Positions 12,991-25,719 of a stretch of DNA of 64,000 bases are shown one piece after another (position 1 is the first letter of the stretch; each line of letters begins with the position of its first letter). A model generated the notes under the pieces. That model worked only from the letters and a program-made list of their open reading frames with translations. It searched no databases and was not told where the DNA came from. The DNA comes from Mobula hypostoma (lineage: Eukaryota), in the NCBI RefSeq assembly GCF_963921235.1, contig NC_086098.1, positions 3,286,001 to 3,350,000 on the forward strand, read 5' to 3'. Made by a program: the position numbers and the translations under genes.

Positions 12991-13839
12991 CCAGGCACAG
13001 TGGATATAAATTGGACTTAGCACGTGACACCCAGAGGTACAGGCCTTTGTTTATGGACCTGACTAAAGAGAGTTTATAACCTGTCTTTAAAGGTTGAGAC
13101 TTTTCCACTGCCACATGTTGTTGCCCAATAGTAGCATTGTCTAGTGAGCTATTAAAGGCTCATCAAGGTTGTAATAATGGAGTCTGATTTACAAGTGTCA
13201 CTGAGGCAACATGGTGAACAAGGTACATGTGCCTGCATCTTCTTGAAGGCATGGCTAGGGCAGAAACAGGCCACAATTGACTAAGGATAATGACTGGAAA
13301 GCTGTTCTGAAATGTGAGTACCCAATTTCCACTGAGCATGATGGTGAAAAATTTCCCTCCAGGGTATCTGTCAATATAAGTTAAGTCTTGGATCATCTAT
13401 TAATTAAATCCCCTAATCATGAACAATTAAATTAATATAACACAATTTTGTTCTCAAATAATTAAATAGCAATAAAGAGCTTTCCTTACTTATAAATCTA
13501 TAACTCTCTATGCAACAAGTCGAATTTATAGAGCACCTCAGAAATCAGAATCAAATTTACTATTATTGTTTCATATGAGGTGAAATTGGTTTCAGGAACA
13601 CCTTCTCCCCTTTGCCATCACATTTCCATGATCACTCCTCAAATTTTTTTTCTTTTTTTTTTGGCTGTCTTTTGCATTATTTATTTATCTTTAAAATATA
13701 TTTTATTGTAATTTATAGTCTTAAAAATTAATAAATATTTCTTATTGCAATTTATAGTTTTTAATTGTTAATTATGTATTGCAGTGTACTTCTGCCACAA
13801 AACAACAAATTTCACAACATATTAAGCCTGGTTCTGATT

Positions 13840-14160
13840 AGAGTCATAGAAAAGTACAGAATAGAAATAGGCCCTTTGGCCGATCTAGTCAGTGCCAAAC
13901 CATTTAAACTGCCTACTCCCACTGCCCTTCACCAGGATCATAGCCCTCCATATCCTTACCATCCTTGTACCTATCCAAACTTCTCTTCTATGTTGAAACT
14001 GAAATTGCATCCGCCAATTCCAGTGGCAGGCTATTCCACACCCACACCACTCTCTGGATGAAGATGTTTCCCCTCATGTTCCCCTTAAACTTTTCACCTC
14101 TCACTCTTAACCCATGACTTCCAGTTGTAGCCCCATTCAACATCAGAGGAAAAAGCCTAA
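13840..14160 (-). mobile_element. CR1 3' fragment
   Basis: HGLRVRGEKFKGNMRGNIFIQRVVWVWNSLP. Confidence 0.8.
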
Positions 14161-14629
14161 ACAGATTCAGATTCTGTTTTGTGGCAGCAGTACAGTACAA
14201 AAACATAAACTTACTATAAATTACAATGTGAATAACTCGAGCAAATAAAGGAGTAACAAAGCAGTGTTCAATGTCCATTCTAAAATATGATGATGGGGGG
14301 AAGAAGTTGTTTGTGAATTGTTATCCTGAACTAATTGATCAAAGTAAAAATAAAATCTATTTTCCAAATCCATGTGTGTTGCCATTTCCTACCTTGAGAT
14401 TCATTTTCTTGCAGCCATTTACAGAAAATACAGTATAATAGAATTTATGAAATTCTATGAATAAACAAAGATTGACAAACAACCAATGTGCAAAAGAAGA
14501 CAAATTGTGTATAAGTAAACAAATATAGAGAGGGAGGGTGATAGAGAAAGAGAGAGTAGAGAAAGATAGAAACACAATAAATTCTGCAGATGCTGAACTA
14601 TCTGAGATAGTTAAAGAGATAGTTAGAGA

Positions 14630-15790
14630 TAGATTTTAGTAAGGCATTTGCCAAGGTTCCACACGGTAGGCTTATTCAGAAAGTCAGAAGGCATGGGATC
14701 CAGGGATGTTTGGCCAAGTGGATTCAGAATCAGCTTGCCTGCAGAAAGCAGAGGGTTGTGGTGGAGGGAGTATATTCAGATTGGAGGGTTGTGACTAGTG
14801 GTGTCCCACAAGGATCTGTTCTGGGACCTCTACTTTTCGTGATTTTTATTAACGACCTGGATGTGGGGGTAGAAAGGTGGGTTGGCATGTTTGCAGACAA
14901 CACAAAGGTTGGTGGTGTTGTAGATAGTGTAGAGGATTGTTGAAGATTGCAGAGAGACATTGATAGGATGCAGAAGTGGGCTGAGAGGTGGCAGATGGAG
15001 TTCAACCCGGAGAAGTGTGAGGTGGTACACTTTGGAAGAACAAACTTCAAGGCAGTGTACAAAGTAAATGGCAGGATACTTGGTAGTGTGGAGGAGCAGA
15101 GGGATCTCGGGGTACATGTCCACAGATCCCTGAAAGTTGCCTCACAGGTGGATAGGGTAGTTAAGAAAGCTTATGGGGTGTTAGCTTTCATAAGTCGAGG
15201 GATAGAGTTTAAGAGTCGCGATGTAATGATGCAGCTCTATAAAACTCTGGTTAGGCCACACTTGGAGTACTGTGTCTAGTTCTGGTCGCCTCACTATAGG
15301 AGGGATGTGGAAGCATTGGAAAGGGTACGGAGGAGATTTACCAGGGTGCTGCCTGGTTTAGAAAGTATGCATTATGATCAGAGATTAAGGGAGCTAGGGC
15401 TTTACTCTTTGGAGAGAAGGAGGATGAGAGGAGACATGATAGAGGTGTACAAGATATTAAGAGGAATAGATAGAGTGGGTAGCCAGCGCCTCTTCCCCAG
15501 GGCACCATTGCTCAATACAAGAGGACATGGCTTTAAGGTAAGGGGTGGGAAGTTCAAGGGGGATATTAAAGGAAGGTTTTTTACTCAGGGAGTGGTTGGT
15601 GCGTGGAATGCACTGCCTGAGTCAGTGGTGGAGGCAGATACACTAGTGAAGTTTAAGAGACTACTAGACAGGTATATGGAGGAATTTAAGGTGGGGGGTT
15701 ATATGGGAGGCAGGGTTTGAGGGTCAGCACAACATTGTGGGCTGAAGGGCCTGTAATGTGCTGTACTATTCTATGCTCTATGTTCTATGA
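14630..15790 (+). mobile_element. Young CR1, 5'-truncated, inserted in a GA-rich tract
   Basis: ORFs 14710..14943, 14947..15279 and 15307..15720 are one frame broken by two stops; TTCTATG tail. Confidence 0.95.
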
Positions 15791-16129
15791 GATAGAGAGG
15801 TAGAGAGATCAAGAGATCAAGAGTAGTTTTTGCATTGTTTCATGTAGCACTATGGTCCTGAAAAACATTGTCTCGTTTTTACTGTGTACTGTACCAGCAG
15901 TTATGGTGGAAATGACAATAAAAGTAACTTGACTTGACTTGAAAAGGATAGATTTAGAGAATATGAGTTGTAAAGTCCGTGAAAATGAATCTGTAGATTG
16001 TGACACCAGTTCAGAATTGTGGGAAATGAAGTTATCTACACAGGTTGAGAAGCCTAATGTTTATAGGGTAATAACTATTCCTGATCCTGAGCCAAGTTTG
16101 TATATGCACCCCAGTGAGAGGGTTGCACA

Positions 16130-16393
16130 TGAAACAGTACCTTCTGGCTTCAACGAGTCAAATCACTCATCAACCCATCGATCTAACCTCGCCTAAACAC
16201 AGGACAACTTACAATGATCAATGAACCAGTACAACTGTGGGCCGCGGGAGGAAACCACAACACGTGGAGGAAACCCGCGTGCCCACGGAAAGGAAGCAGA
16301 ATATCTTAAGGAGAAGGCTGGGACTGAACTCTGAATTTCAATGGCCCAAGCTGTAATAATGCCATGCTAATCACTGTGCTACTGTTGTGCCCC
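16130..16393 (-). mobile_element. V-SINE
   Basis: gcgggaggaaaccacaacacgtggaggaaacccgcg V-domain; tRNA-like head at the right end. Confidence 0.65.
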
Positions 16394-16837
16394 TTTCTGC
16401 ACACAAAATTGTTCCATTCTTCACTACGTACTTCTTTCCTTCAAACGCCAACAAAATGTCTGAGAGAACTGAATAATTCCTTTTTCTTTCCAATTGTATC
16501 TGTTCTTATGTTATTGTGACTGAATCATTCAGAAATTGTCCAATGTATTTAAATAATTGCAAATCAACCAATGTACTATTCAATTAAGATTTATGTACTT
16601 TAAAATTCATAATCTTTGACATACTGTGTTGCATATGTCCTTAAATAGAATAGAAAATATGATTTTAAATCCAATTTAAGTGCAGCAAGTTCAAGTTTAT
16701 TGTTATCCAACCCTATACAGTACATGTATACTGTCAAATGAAAAAACATTCCTCCGGACCAAGGTGAACAACACAGTACATATAACTCACACACGTAACA
16801 CAGAAAGTAGTTAATACATTCATTAATTAATTAAAAA

Positions 16838-17220
16838 TAAGGGAGATTTGATGGTGGTATACAAAATGGCGAGGGTTGCAGATAGGGTAAATGCAAACAG
16901 GCTTTTTCAGCTGAGGTTGGGTGGGTCTATAACCAGAGGTCATGGGTTAAGAGTGTAAGATGAAATGTTTAAGGGGAACATGAGGGAAAATTTCTTCACT
17001 CGGAGGGTGGTGGGAGTTTGGAATGAGCTGTCAGTGCAAGGGGTGGATATGACTTAGATTTCAATGCTTAAGAGAAGTTCAAATAGGTACACAAATGGGA
17101 GGGGCATGGAGGGCTATGTTCCCAGCACAGGTTGATGGGAGCAGGCAGTTTAAATGGTTTGACATGGAGTAGCTGGGCCAATGGGCTTGTTTCTGTGTTG
17201 TAGTTTTCTATGACTCTATA
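16838..17220 (+). mobile_element. CR1 3' fragment
   Basis: RGDLMVVYK...FFTRRVVGVWNEL; ttctatgactcta tail. Confidence 0.85.
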
Positions 17221-17221
17221 T

Positions 17222-17540
17222 TTCCTCTCTACATACCTGCCCATCATGTCTTTCTGTTGCTCTTACCCTTCCTTTTCTTCCATGGTCTTCTGTTCTTCCC
17301 TTTCTCCAGCCCTTTATCTCTTCCACTAATCAATTTCCCAGCTCTTTACTTCAACCCTCCCCCACTTCCAGTTTCGCCTATCAACCACTACCTTGTACTT
17401 CTTCCTCCTCTCCCCCCACTCTGAAGTCTCCTCTTTCTTTCCAGTCCTGATGAAGGGACTCAACCTGAAACATCAGCTGTTTGCACTTTTCTGCAGTTGC
17501 TGCCTGACCTGCTCAGTTCCTCCAGCGTTTTGAGTGTTTC
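17222..17540 (+). mobile_element. Penelope-like 3' region plus pLTR
   Basis: Pyrimidine-rich tract followed by cagtcCTGATGAaggg...cctGAAAcatc. Confidence 0.7.
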
Positions 17541-17659
17541 AGTATAACACTGCTGGTGCTTCATACGTGATGAGACCTGAATGGTGGCAGGGGTTCACTA
17601 GTCTCATGGTCTTGGGGGAGAAGTTGTTTCCCATCCTATCTGTCCGTGTCCTAATACTA

Positions 17660-18338
17660 ATGTATCTTCTGACTGATGGTGGGGGTCAGGGAGATTGTTG
17701 TATGGGAGGAGGTCATTGACAATGGTACAGTACATCTTGCCTGATGTAGGGGGTCCGAGAGATTGTTTTATGGGTGGGAGGGGGTCATTGATAATGGTAC
17801 AGTACATTTTGCCTGATGGTAGGGGGTCAGAGAGATTGTTTCATGGGTGGGAAGGGTCATTGACAATGGTTCAGTACATCTTGCCTGATGGTGGGCGTCA
17901 GGGAGACTGTTATATGGGGGGGTGATTGACAATGGTTCAGTACATCTTGCCTGATGGTAGGGGGTCAGAGAGATTGTTTTATGGTTGGGAGGGGGTCATT
18001 GAAAATGGTACAGTACATCTTGCCTGATGGTGGGGGTCAGGGAGATTGCTGTATGGGGGGGGTCATTGACAATGGTTCAGTACATCTTGCCTGATGGTGG
18101 GGGTCAGGGAGATTGTTGTAAAGGGTGGGGTCATTGACAATGGTTCAGTACATACTGCCTGATGGTATGGGGGTCAGGGAGATTGTTTTATGGGTGGGAG
18201 AGGGTCGTTGAAATGGTACAGTACATCTTGCCTGATGGTGTGGGTCAGGGAGATTGTTGTATGGGAGGGGGTCATTGACAATCGTACAGTACATCTTGCC
18301 TGATGGTAGGGGGTCAGGGAGATTGTTCTATGGGTGGC
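17660..18338. repeat. G-rich minisatellite, unit 66-73 bp, about 9.5 copies, derived from a Rex1 ORF end
   Basis: Recurring tacatcttgcctgatggt...tcattgacaatgg at 17731, 17803, 17875, 17941, 18014, 18081, 18149, 18222 and 18290. Confidence 0.95.
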
Positions 18339-18339
18339 A

Positions 18340-18805
18340 CATCTACCAGAGCACTGTTGCAGGAAAGCGGTATCCATCATCTGGGAGCCCCACCACACAG
18401 GCCAGGCTCTCTTCTCACTGATTCCATCAGGAAGAAGGTACAAGAACCTCAGGACTCACACCACCAGGTTCAGGAACAGTTATTACCCCTCAACCATCTG
18501 GCTCCTGAACCAGAGGGGATAACTTCACTTGCCCGATCACAGAACCGTTCTCTCACTTTTAAGGACTCTTCATCTTAAGTTTTCAATATTCATTTCTTAC
18601 TTATTTAAAATGAATAACACTTTCTTTTTGTCTTTACCCAGTTTGTTGTGTTGGTTGAATGCCCGTGTTGGTGTGGCCCTTCATTGTTTCTGTTATGGTT
18701 ATTATTCTGTTGATTTACTGAGAATGCCCAGAAGGAAACAAACCTCTGGTGTGTATATGGTGACATGTATATACCTTGATAATAAAGTGACTTTGAACTT
18801 TGAAG
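18340..18805 (+). mobile_element. Rex1/Babar 3' fragment
   Basis: KAVSII..PHH.G.ALFSLIPSGRRY...RFRNSYYPSTI.LLN; (ACTTTG)n-type tail. Confidence 0.8.
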
Positions 18806-19849
18806 ATTGAACATTATCCCTCACTGCTCTTGAGAAAATGACTTGAGAGATGTGTCGAAGATGATAGGCATAGATTGATTTGACAGCCAGAGACGTTTTC
18901 CCAGGATGGAGATGGCTAATACTACTTATTTAGAGATACAGGACAGTGACAGGCCCTTTAGACCAACAAGTCTGTGCTGCCCAATTACACCCATGTGACT
19001 CAATTAACCTAATCCATATGTCTCTGCAATGGGGGAGGAAACCGGAACAACCACGAATGGAGCACATTTTCAACATGGGGAAATACTTAAAGACAGCGGC
19101 AGGAACTGAAACTAAGTTTCCGGCGTTGCAATAGCTTTACGCTAAACACCACACTACTGTGCGGGGATTTGGGTGTTTGGAGGAAAGCATAAGGGGATGT
19201 CAGAGGTATATTTTTTTTTACATAGAGACCAGGGTGGTGGCAGATACATGGGCCCATGGAGGATAGAAAACTAGAGGACTCTGTAGGAAGGAAGGTTTAG
19301 ATTGATGTTGGAATAGGTTAAAAGGTCAGCACAACATCATGGGCTGAAGGGCTTGTATTGTGCTGCGATGTGTGGTGTTCGAAACGAGTGGTGAGCTGGT
19401 TTCTCAAAGAAGAGAACATCCGCAGATGCTACTAATCCGAGCAACACACACAAAATGCTGGAGCAACACAGCAGGCCAGGCAGCATCTATGGAAAAGACT
19501 AAAGATGACGTTTCTGGCCGAGACCTTTCAGCAGTCCTGATCTTGTTGCATGGTTTCTCATAGACCAGCCATTCTTCTGGAGAAGATGCTCCGACTGTAC
19601 TCCAGTGAGTTCCAACAATCTGGCTTCAGTTTAGAGATTTAGTTTGTATGTTAGTGAAGGAGGGGAGATATTGATAAATGGTTTATTATCGTAACATGAA
19701 TTTTCAGAAACAGTGAAAAGCTTGTCTTGCATATAATCCATGCAGATCAGACCATTATGCACTACAGTGAGCTAGAATAAATGATTGTAAGCAACAAGTT
19801 TTATGCCATATTCGAGCTGCCGTAGAATGTTGCATCACGGAAACATCAG

Positions 19850-20455
19850 GATCCAACAGTGCAGTGCAGGTAAACGATAAAGTGCAAGTTGACAACGAAG
19901 TAGGTTATGAGGCCAAGAGTCCATATACCATACAAGCAGTCTGACAACAGTGGGGAAGAATTTTTACCTTAAATCTGGTGTACATGCTTTCAGTTTTGTA
20001 CATATACATTTAATAGTCTTATAACATCAGGGTAGAATCTGTCTTTGAGCCTGGTGGTATGAGCTTTCAGGCTTTTGTGTCTTCTGCCCGATGGGAGAGA
20101 TGTCAGGGGTGGGTGGGTCTTTGAATGTGCTTGCTGATTTACTGAGACAGTGAGAAGTGTGGACAGAATCGATAGAAGGGAGGCTGAGTCCTGTGATGTG
20201 CTGAGCTGTGTCCATAACTCTCTGCTGCTTCTTGTGATGGCATGCAGAGCAGTTGCCATACGAAGCTGTTATGCATTCAAACAAAACGCTTTCTATGGTG
20301 CATCAATAAAAACTGGTAAGAGTCGATGCGGACATGCTGAATTTCTTTAGCTTCCTGAGGAAGAAGAGGCATTGGTGAAATTTCTTCACTGTGATTGGAC
20401 CAGGACAGATTATTGGTGGTGTCCACACCTCAGAACTTGAGGCTCTCAACCCTCA
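19850..20455 (-). mobile_element. Rex1/Babar 3' fragment
   Basis: ORFs 20027..20284 (CITASYGNCS..KKQQRVMDTAQHITG) and 19990..20259 (LPSGRR...RLKDRFYP). Confidence 0.8.
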
Positions 20456-21750
20456 ATCGTTTTTACCACTCAGTTTGGTAAAGGAAGAGCAATGTATTTC
20501 CAGGTCAGGGTAGAATCCATTTGGAGCTGGTGTGCCACTTCAGAATTGGCAATTGCTTTATTATGGTTCTGTTTTCAACTTATACAATTTATAATTGATG
20601 CACTTGGAATGAGTAGCAAAGACTTATAGAAACACACTTGAGGATGTCCTATGAGGATAGGTTGATTGAGGAAAGGAGGAGAATGAGAGGTGATTTGATA
20701 GAGGTGCACAAGATGATAAGATGAATAGATCAAGTGGACCTAGGGTGGAAACAGCTTGTGGGTGTAACTTAAAGATGATTGGAGGAAAGTATAGGAGGGA
20801 TACCAGAGATAAATTTCACAACATCTGCCAGATTCTGATTCTTTTCTGGTAGGTTTTTTTGTCTTACAGAGAGCAATGGGTGCATGGAATGAAGTGTCAG
20901 GGTGATGGTAAAGGCCAATATATTAGGGACAGGTAAGAGAGTCTTAGAGAGGCACATGGATGAAAGCAAATGGAGAAGGAAGGGTTAGATTTAATTTAGA
21001 GTAGGTTAAAGGGTTAGCACAAAATCGTGGACTGAAGGGCCTGTACTGTGCCGTACTGTTCCATTTTCTCAATGTAGGTAACTAACGTCAATTGGAAAAC
21101 AAAATGACACAAACTGCATTATTTTTTGCAAGTGTTAAATGTAATGAAATATCTAGTGCAGAATTGATATCCATGCTTATGATTGTGTAGAAATCGAAAT
21201 ACTAGATAAGTAAAGATAATTACTAGCAAAACCCTTGATAGTTTACCACAGTATGATTTGCAGTGGGATTTATTAAATATTCTGTAATAAGACATCAAAA
21301 AAGTTGGAATTCTTTGATGTCTTGCAGGAATGAGGATACAGGATATGATAACCTGTTGGGATTTATGTAACACAACCTTCTCCTAACGCAGGAGTTATGG
21401 TGGAAATTACTTAAGCAATAAAGTTTGTAAATTTTCATGTAAATGTACAGTCAGTGACCAAATAAATCTCCAGTGAAGTACATCCTGCATAAATTATTCC
21501 ACTCCACTGCTTAACTTTGTAAGTACACATCTTTAAATTATCATTAGCATATAAGGATAGTAGGACCATTCTAGATGGTTAGACCATTCCAAAGCAAGTA
21601 ACACCAATAATTGTGTTCAATTAGCAACTCATTAATTAGTTACACTCATTCATTCAGGCAAATAGCAGAAACAAAAGTGTACAGGAACTGTACTAAAGAC
21701 CCTGCCATTGGAAATGGAATAATCAGGCCTTATTGTTGCACATGGTTACC

Positions 21751-21892
21751 AACAAATAAGACACCGTCCTTCCAATGCCAGATCAGTCTGCATTTACAGA
21801 TACCAAACAAGACTTTGTCTCTCCAACGTCAGAGCAGCCTGCCTTTAGTGACACCAAACAAGACATCGTTCCTCCAACCTTACAGCAACCAG
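21751..21892 (+). repeat. Three degenerate 51-bp (17-codon) units; candidate coding exon 21761-21892
   Basis: Peptide DTVLPMPDQSAFTD/TKQDFVSPTSEQPAFSD/TKQDIVPPTLQQP; ends CCAG|gtatgc; acceptor aataag is weak. Confidence 0.5.
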
Positions 21893-22052
21893 GTATGCAA
21901 CCATCCCAGGACGATAAACTCCCAAGTTACTTCTACAGGTTGCAAGCTGGAGTTTGGATTTAAAAGGTCCATAGTGGAAACTATGCCTGATGTAAGCATT
22001 TGTTACTACTGTTGCCTCAGACTGAAAAGCCTGAGTATCTTCTCAAATACAG

Positions 22053-22164
22053 AGATTGAGGAACATACAGACAACAGTGCAGACTCTCAATATAAGGCCT
22101 CACACTTACCAGATATCTGTTTGCCAGAAAACAACCCACCCCAATCCACACCTGCCAAGTTCAT
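22053..22164 (+). CDS. Candidate coding exon (xIEEHTDNSADSQYKASHLPDICLPENNPPQSTPAKF)
   Basis: tcttctcaaatacag|AG...TTCAT|gtaagc; phase-compatible with 21761-21892. Confidence 0.25.
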
Positions 22165-22349
22165 GTAAGCTGTTATTTTTTCCCCAGTGTGGATAGACAG
22201 CATAAATCCAAGAATCTAATAATTTGGAGCTAGTGTGACTGTTCAGAATTAACATTTAGTTCATTATGGTTCTTTCTTAACTTGAAAAAGTTGTAATTCA
22301 TGTATTCAGAAGAGGGAAGACTTAAAGAAATATGCTTGAGGATTTAGGT

Positions 22350-23153
22350 CATTCAGATGAAGTCCTGGTGAATGAGTGTGAGCTGTTGCATTTCAGAAGG
22401 ACAAACCAGAATGCTGAGTACAGAGTTAATGGTTGATTACTTAAGAGTGTGGATGAACAGAGGGACCTTGGGGTTCAAATCCATAGATCCCTCAAGGTCG
22501 CGCACAGGTTGATAGGATAGTTAAGAAGGCCTATGGGATGCTAGGCTTCATTAATAGGAGTTCAAGAGTAGAGAGGTCATGTTGCAACTCTACAAATCTC
22601 TGGTGAGACCACGCTTAGAGTATTGTGTTCATTTCTGGTCACCTCAGTATAGGAAGGACGTGGAAGCTATTACCAGATTACCAGGATGTTGCCTGGATTG
22701 GAAAACAAGTCTTATGAGGCAAGGTTAGCAGAGCAGGGACTTTTCTCTTTGGAGCGTAGAAGGATGAGAGGGGACTTGATAGAGGTCTACAAAATTATGA
22801 AAGGCATAGATAGGGTGGATAGCCAGTACCTGTTTCCCAGGGCACGAATAGCAAACACCAGAGGGCGTATGTACAAAGTTAAGGGAGGGAAGTTAGGGGA
22901 GACATCAGGGGTAATTTTTTTTACACAGAGTGTTGTGGGTGCCTGGAATGACTTGCCAGGGATGGTGGTGAAGGCTAAAACATTAGGGGTATTTAAGAGC
23001 CTCTTGAACAGGCACATGGATGAAAGAAAAATAGAGCGTTACAGGGTAGTGTGGGTTTAGTATGTTTTTTTCAAGGAATATATGGGTCGGCACAACATCG
23101 AAGGCCAAAGGGCCTGTACTGTGCTGTAGTATTCTAGTGTCTAGTGTCTAGTG
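22350..23153 (+). mobile_element. CR1 3' part
   Basis: ORF 22686..23060; (CTAGTGT)n tail. Confidence 0.9.
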
Positions 23154-23668
23154 AAGGAACTCAGTGTGAAACATCAACTCTTTATTCCTCTCCATAGATG
23201 CTGCCTGATGTGCTGAGTTCCTTCTGTATTTTGTGTGCAAAAACTCCTGTGCTTAGAAACATGCAAAACATCTTCAATGTACGTATCTAAGATCAATAAG
23301 AAAATAAGATGACACAAAGTGCATTATTATTATTTTAACAAAAGGGAAGTGCAATCAATGCAGAATTGAAATCCATGCCTGTGATTGTGTAGAAGTTTGA
23401 TATATCACTATTTGAGAAGCGCCCTCAACATCTAGCAGAGTACACTTTCCTAGCAGTGGCACCTACCAAGGCTTGATATGATTAGGCAGTCTTTCAGATG
23501 AAGCAGATCTTTGCCACTCATGCAACATCGAGCAAAAGTGTTGTTTGCCAGAAGCTTCCCATTCTGGCAGAAGGCAGTCTTATGTGAGGAATTATTCAGC
23601 TGATGTACACTTCGGCATAAAGACTATTGGAGGATGAGCAAAACCCCTTGTAGGTTTTTGAAAAGTAC

Positions 23669-23914
23669 CTTAAAGAAGAATTTTCAAAGCTGCTGTTAAT
23701 TTTGTAGTGACTTCAAAGAGTTCCTTAGTGATGAAAGTGAATTGGAGATTTAAGGAAAGCAAAAGCCATCCTCCTGGAATGGGCAAGAAGATCTCTGCAG
23801 CTGTTATTAGGTACTGGCATTTCAGTTTAGTCTGCTCTCGATGATGCAGATAGCAGCCTGTTAAACCTATCATAAGGCTTAAAGTCTATTCTAAGTTCAA
23901 CAGGCTATCACTTT
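23669..23914 (-). other. Candidate non-coding (UTR or lncRNA) exon
   Basis: Strong acceptor tttattctctccctttcacag| and donor TAAG|gtactt in unique sequence; stops in all three frames. Confidence 0.2.
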
Positions 23915-24054
23915 CTGTGAAAGGGAGAGAATAAATAGTAAAGAAGACTACCGATTCTGTGAAGAACTGCCTGGGAAGAACAAGTGCAATAATATTTAAT
24001 TACAAACTAGACAGATAACATGAACACATTTTACCACTAAAAATATGGAAAATA

Positions 24055-24520
24055 AGGCCACAAGACCATAAGATATAGGAGCAGAATTAGGCCATTTGGT
24101 CCATTGAGTATGCTTCACCATTTCACCGTGGCTGATCCAATTTTCCCTCTCAGCCCCATTCTCCCGCCTTCTCCCCATTTCTCTTCGTGCCTCGACCAAT
24201 CAAGAATCAATCAACCTCTGTCTTAAATATACAACATTTTGGTCTCCACAGCTGCCTGTGGCAATGAATTCCACATATTCACCACTCTGTGACTAAAGAA
24301 GTTCCTCCACATCTCTTCTCCAAAAAGACGTCCCTCCATTCTGAGGCTGTGTCCTCTGGTCCTCAACTCTCCCACCATAGGAAACATCCTCTCCACAAGC
24401 ACCCTACTAAGGCCTTGCAACACTCAATAGGTTCCAATTAGGTCACCTGTCATATGAAGAGCCATCAAACGCTCTTCATATGACAAAGCTTTCAATCCCA
24501 GAATCATTTTCATGAACCTC
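24055..24520 (-). mobile_element. CR1 3' fragment
   Basis: ORF 24223..24423; (TCTTATGG)n tail. Confidence 0.85.
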
Positions 24521-24599
24521 CCTTTTTTGTAAAATTGGGGGGGTATTTAATGGTCGGTACAGACACTGCGAGTCAGAGAGCCTCTTTCCATGCTGTTAT

Positions 24600-25085
24600 T
24601 AAAGCTCAAAGTGAAATTTATTACCAGAGTACCTACATGCCACCACATACAACCCTGAGATTCTTTTTCTGTGGGCATATTTAGCAAATCTATCAACAGT
24701 AACTGTAAACAACAGGAACTGTTAACTGTGAACAAACTGTGCAAATGCAGATATAAATAAATAGCCAGAAATAACAAGATGAAATAACAATACAACAGAG
24801 TCTTTAAATGAGTGTAGTTATCCCCTTTTGTTCAAGAGCCTGATGGTTGAACCTGGTGGTGTGAGTCCTGAGGCACCTATACCTTCTGCCTGATGGCAGC
24901 AGTGAGAAGAGAGCATGGCCTGGGTGGTGAGGATCTTTGACGATGGATGCTGCTTTTTTATGGCAATGTTTCATGTAGATGTGCTAAGGTTGGGAAGGTT
25001 TCACCTGTGATATATCAGACCAAATCCACTATCTTTCGTAGGATTTGCTGCTCAAAACCATTGGTGTTCCCATACCAGGCCATAA
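24600..25085 (-). mobile_element. Rex1/Babar 3' fragment
   Basis: AWYGNTN...AASIVKDPHHPGHALFSLLPSGRRY on the minus strand. Confidence 0.8.
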
Positions 25086-25546
25086 CAGAGATTTCTTTAG
25101 CCACAGATTAGTGAATCTGTGGATTCTTTGCACAGGCAGCTGTGGAAATCAAGTCTTTATGAATATTTAAGACAGAGGTTGAAAGATTTTTGATTGGTCA
25201 AGGCATGAAGAGATATGGGGAGAAGGCAGGAGATTGGGGCTGAGAGGAAAATTGGATCAACCATGATGAAATAGTGGAGCAGACTTGTTGGGTCAAATGG
25301 CCCATTTCTGCTCCTGTATCTTGTGGTATTATGGCCTTATGATCCACTTCCCTTATTTATTCTCAGCCTATCTGTTATTTCAACCCCAGCACCTATCCAA
25401 CGCTGCAGTGTCTTTTGTGTAAACAGTATTTCTTCAGCTCTTCAGTCATGCCCTTAGATCTACAATAAGTTTCATCTTTTAATAACCCTATTCCTTTGCC
25501 TATCTCTTATCTTTTATATGTAGATGAAAAGAAGATTGCATTCTTT

Positions 25547-25664
25547 GGCCTGAAACGTTGACTGCACCTCTTCCTACAGATGCTGCCTGGCCTGCTGCGT
25601 TCACCAGCAACTTTGATGTGTGTTGCTTGAATTTCCAGCATCTGCAGAATTCTTGTTGTTTGTT
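25547..25664 (+). mobile_element. 118-bp Penelope-like pLTR insertion with TSD
   Basis: GATTGCATT(C/T)TTT at 25534-25546 and 25665-25677; near-identical to the copies at 1298 and 61124. Confidence 0.8.
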
Positions 25665-25719
25665 GATTGCATTTTTTGCTTTGTTACTTGTTGATTTTCA
25701 TCATATTCCCTTTCTCCTC

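Noticed and set aside
21611..22168. 185-aa single-exon gene
   Set aside because: Non-ATG start, no recognisable domain, and the repeat is better conserved in another frame. Only the 3' part is kept as a candidate exon.
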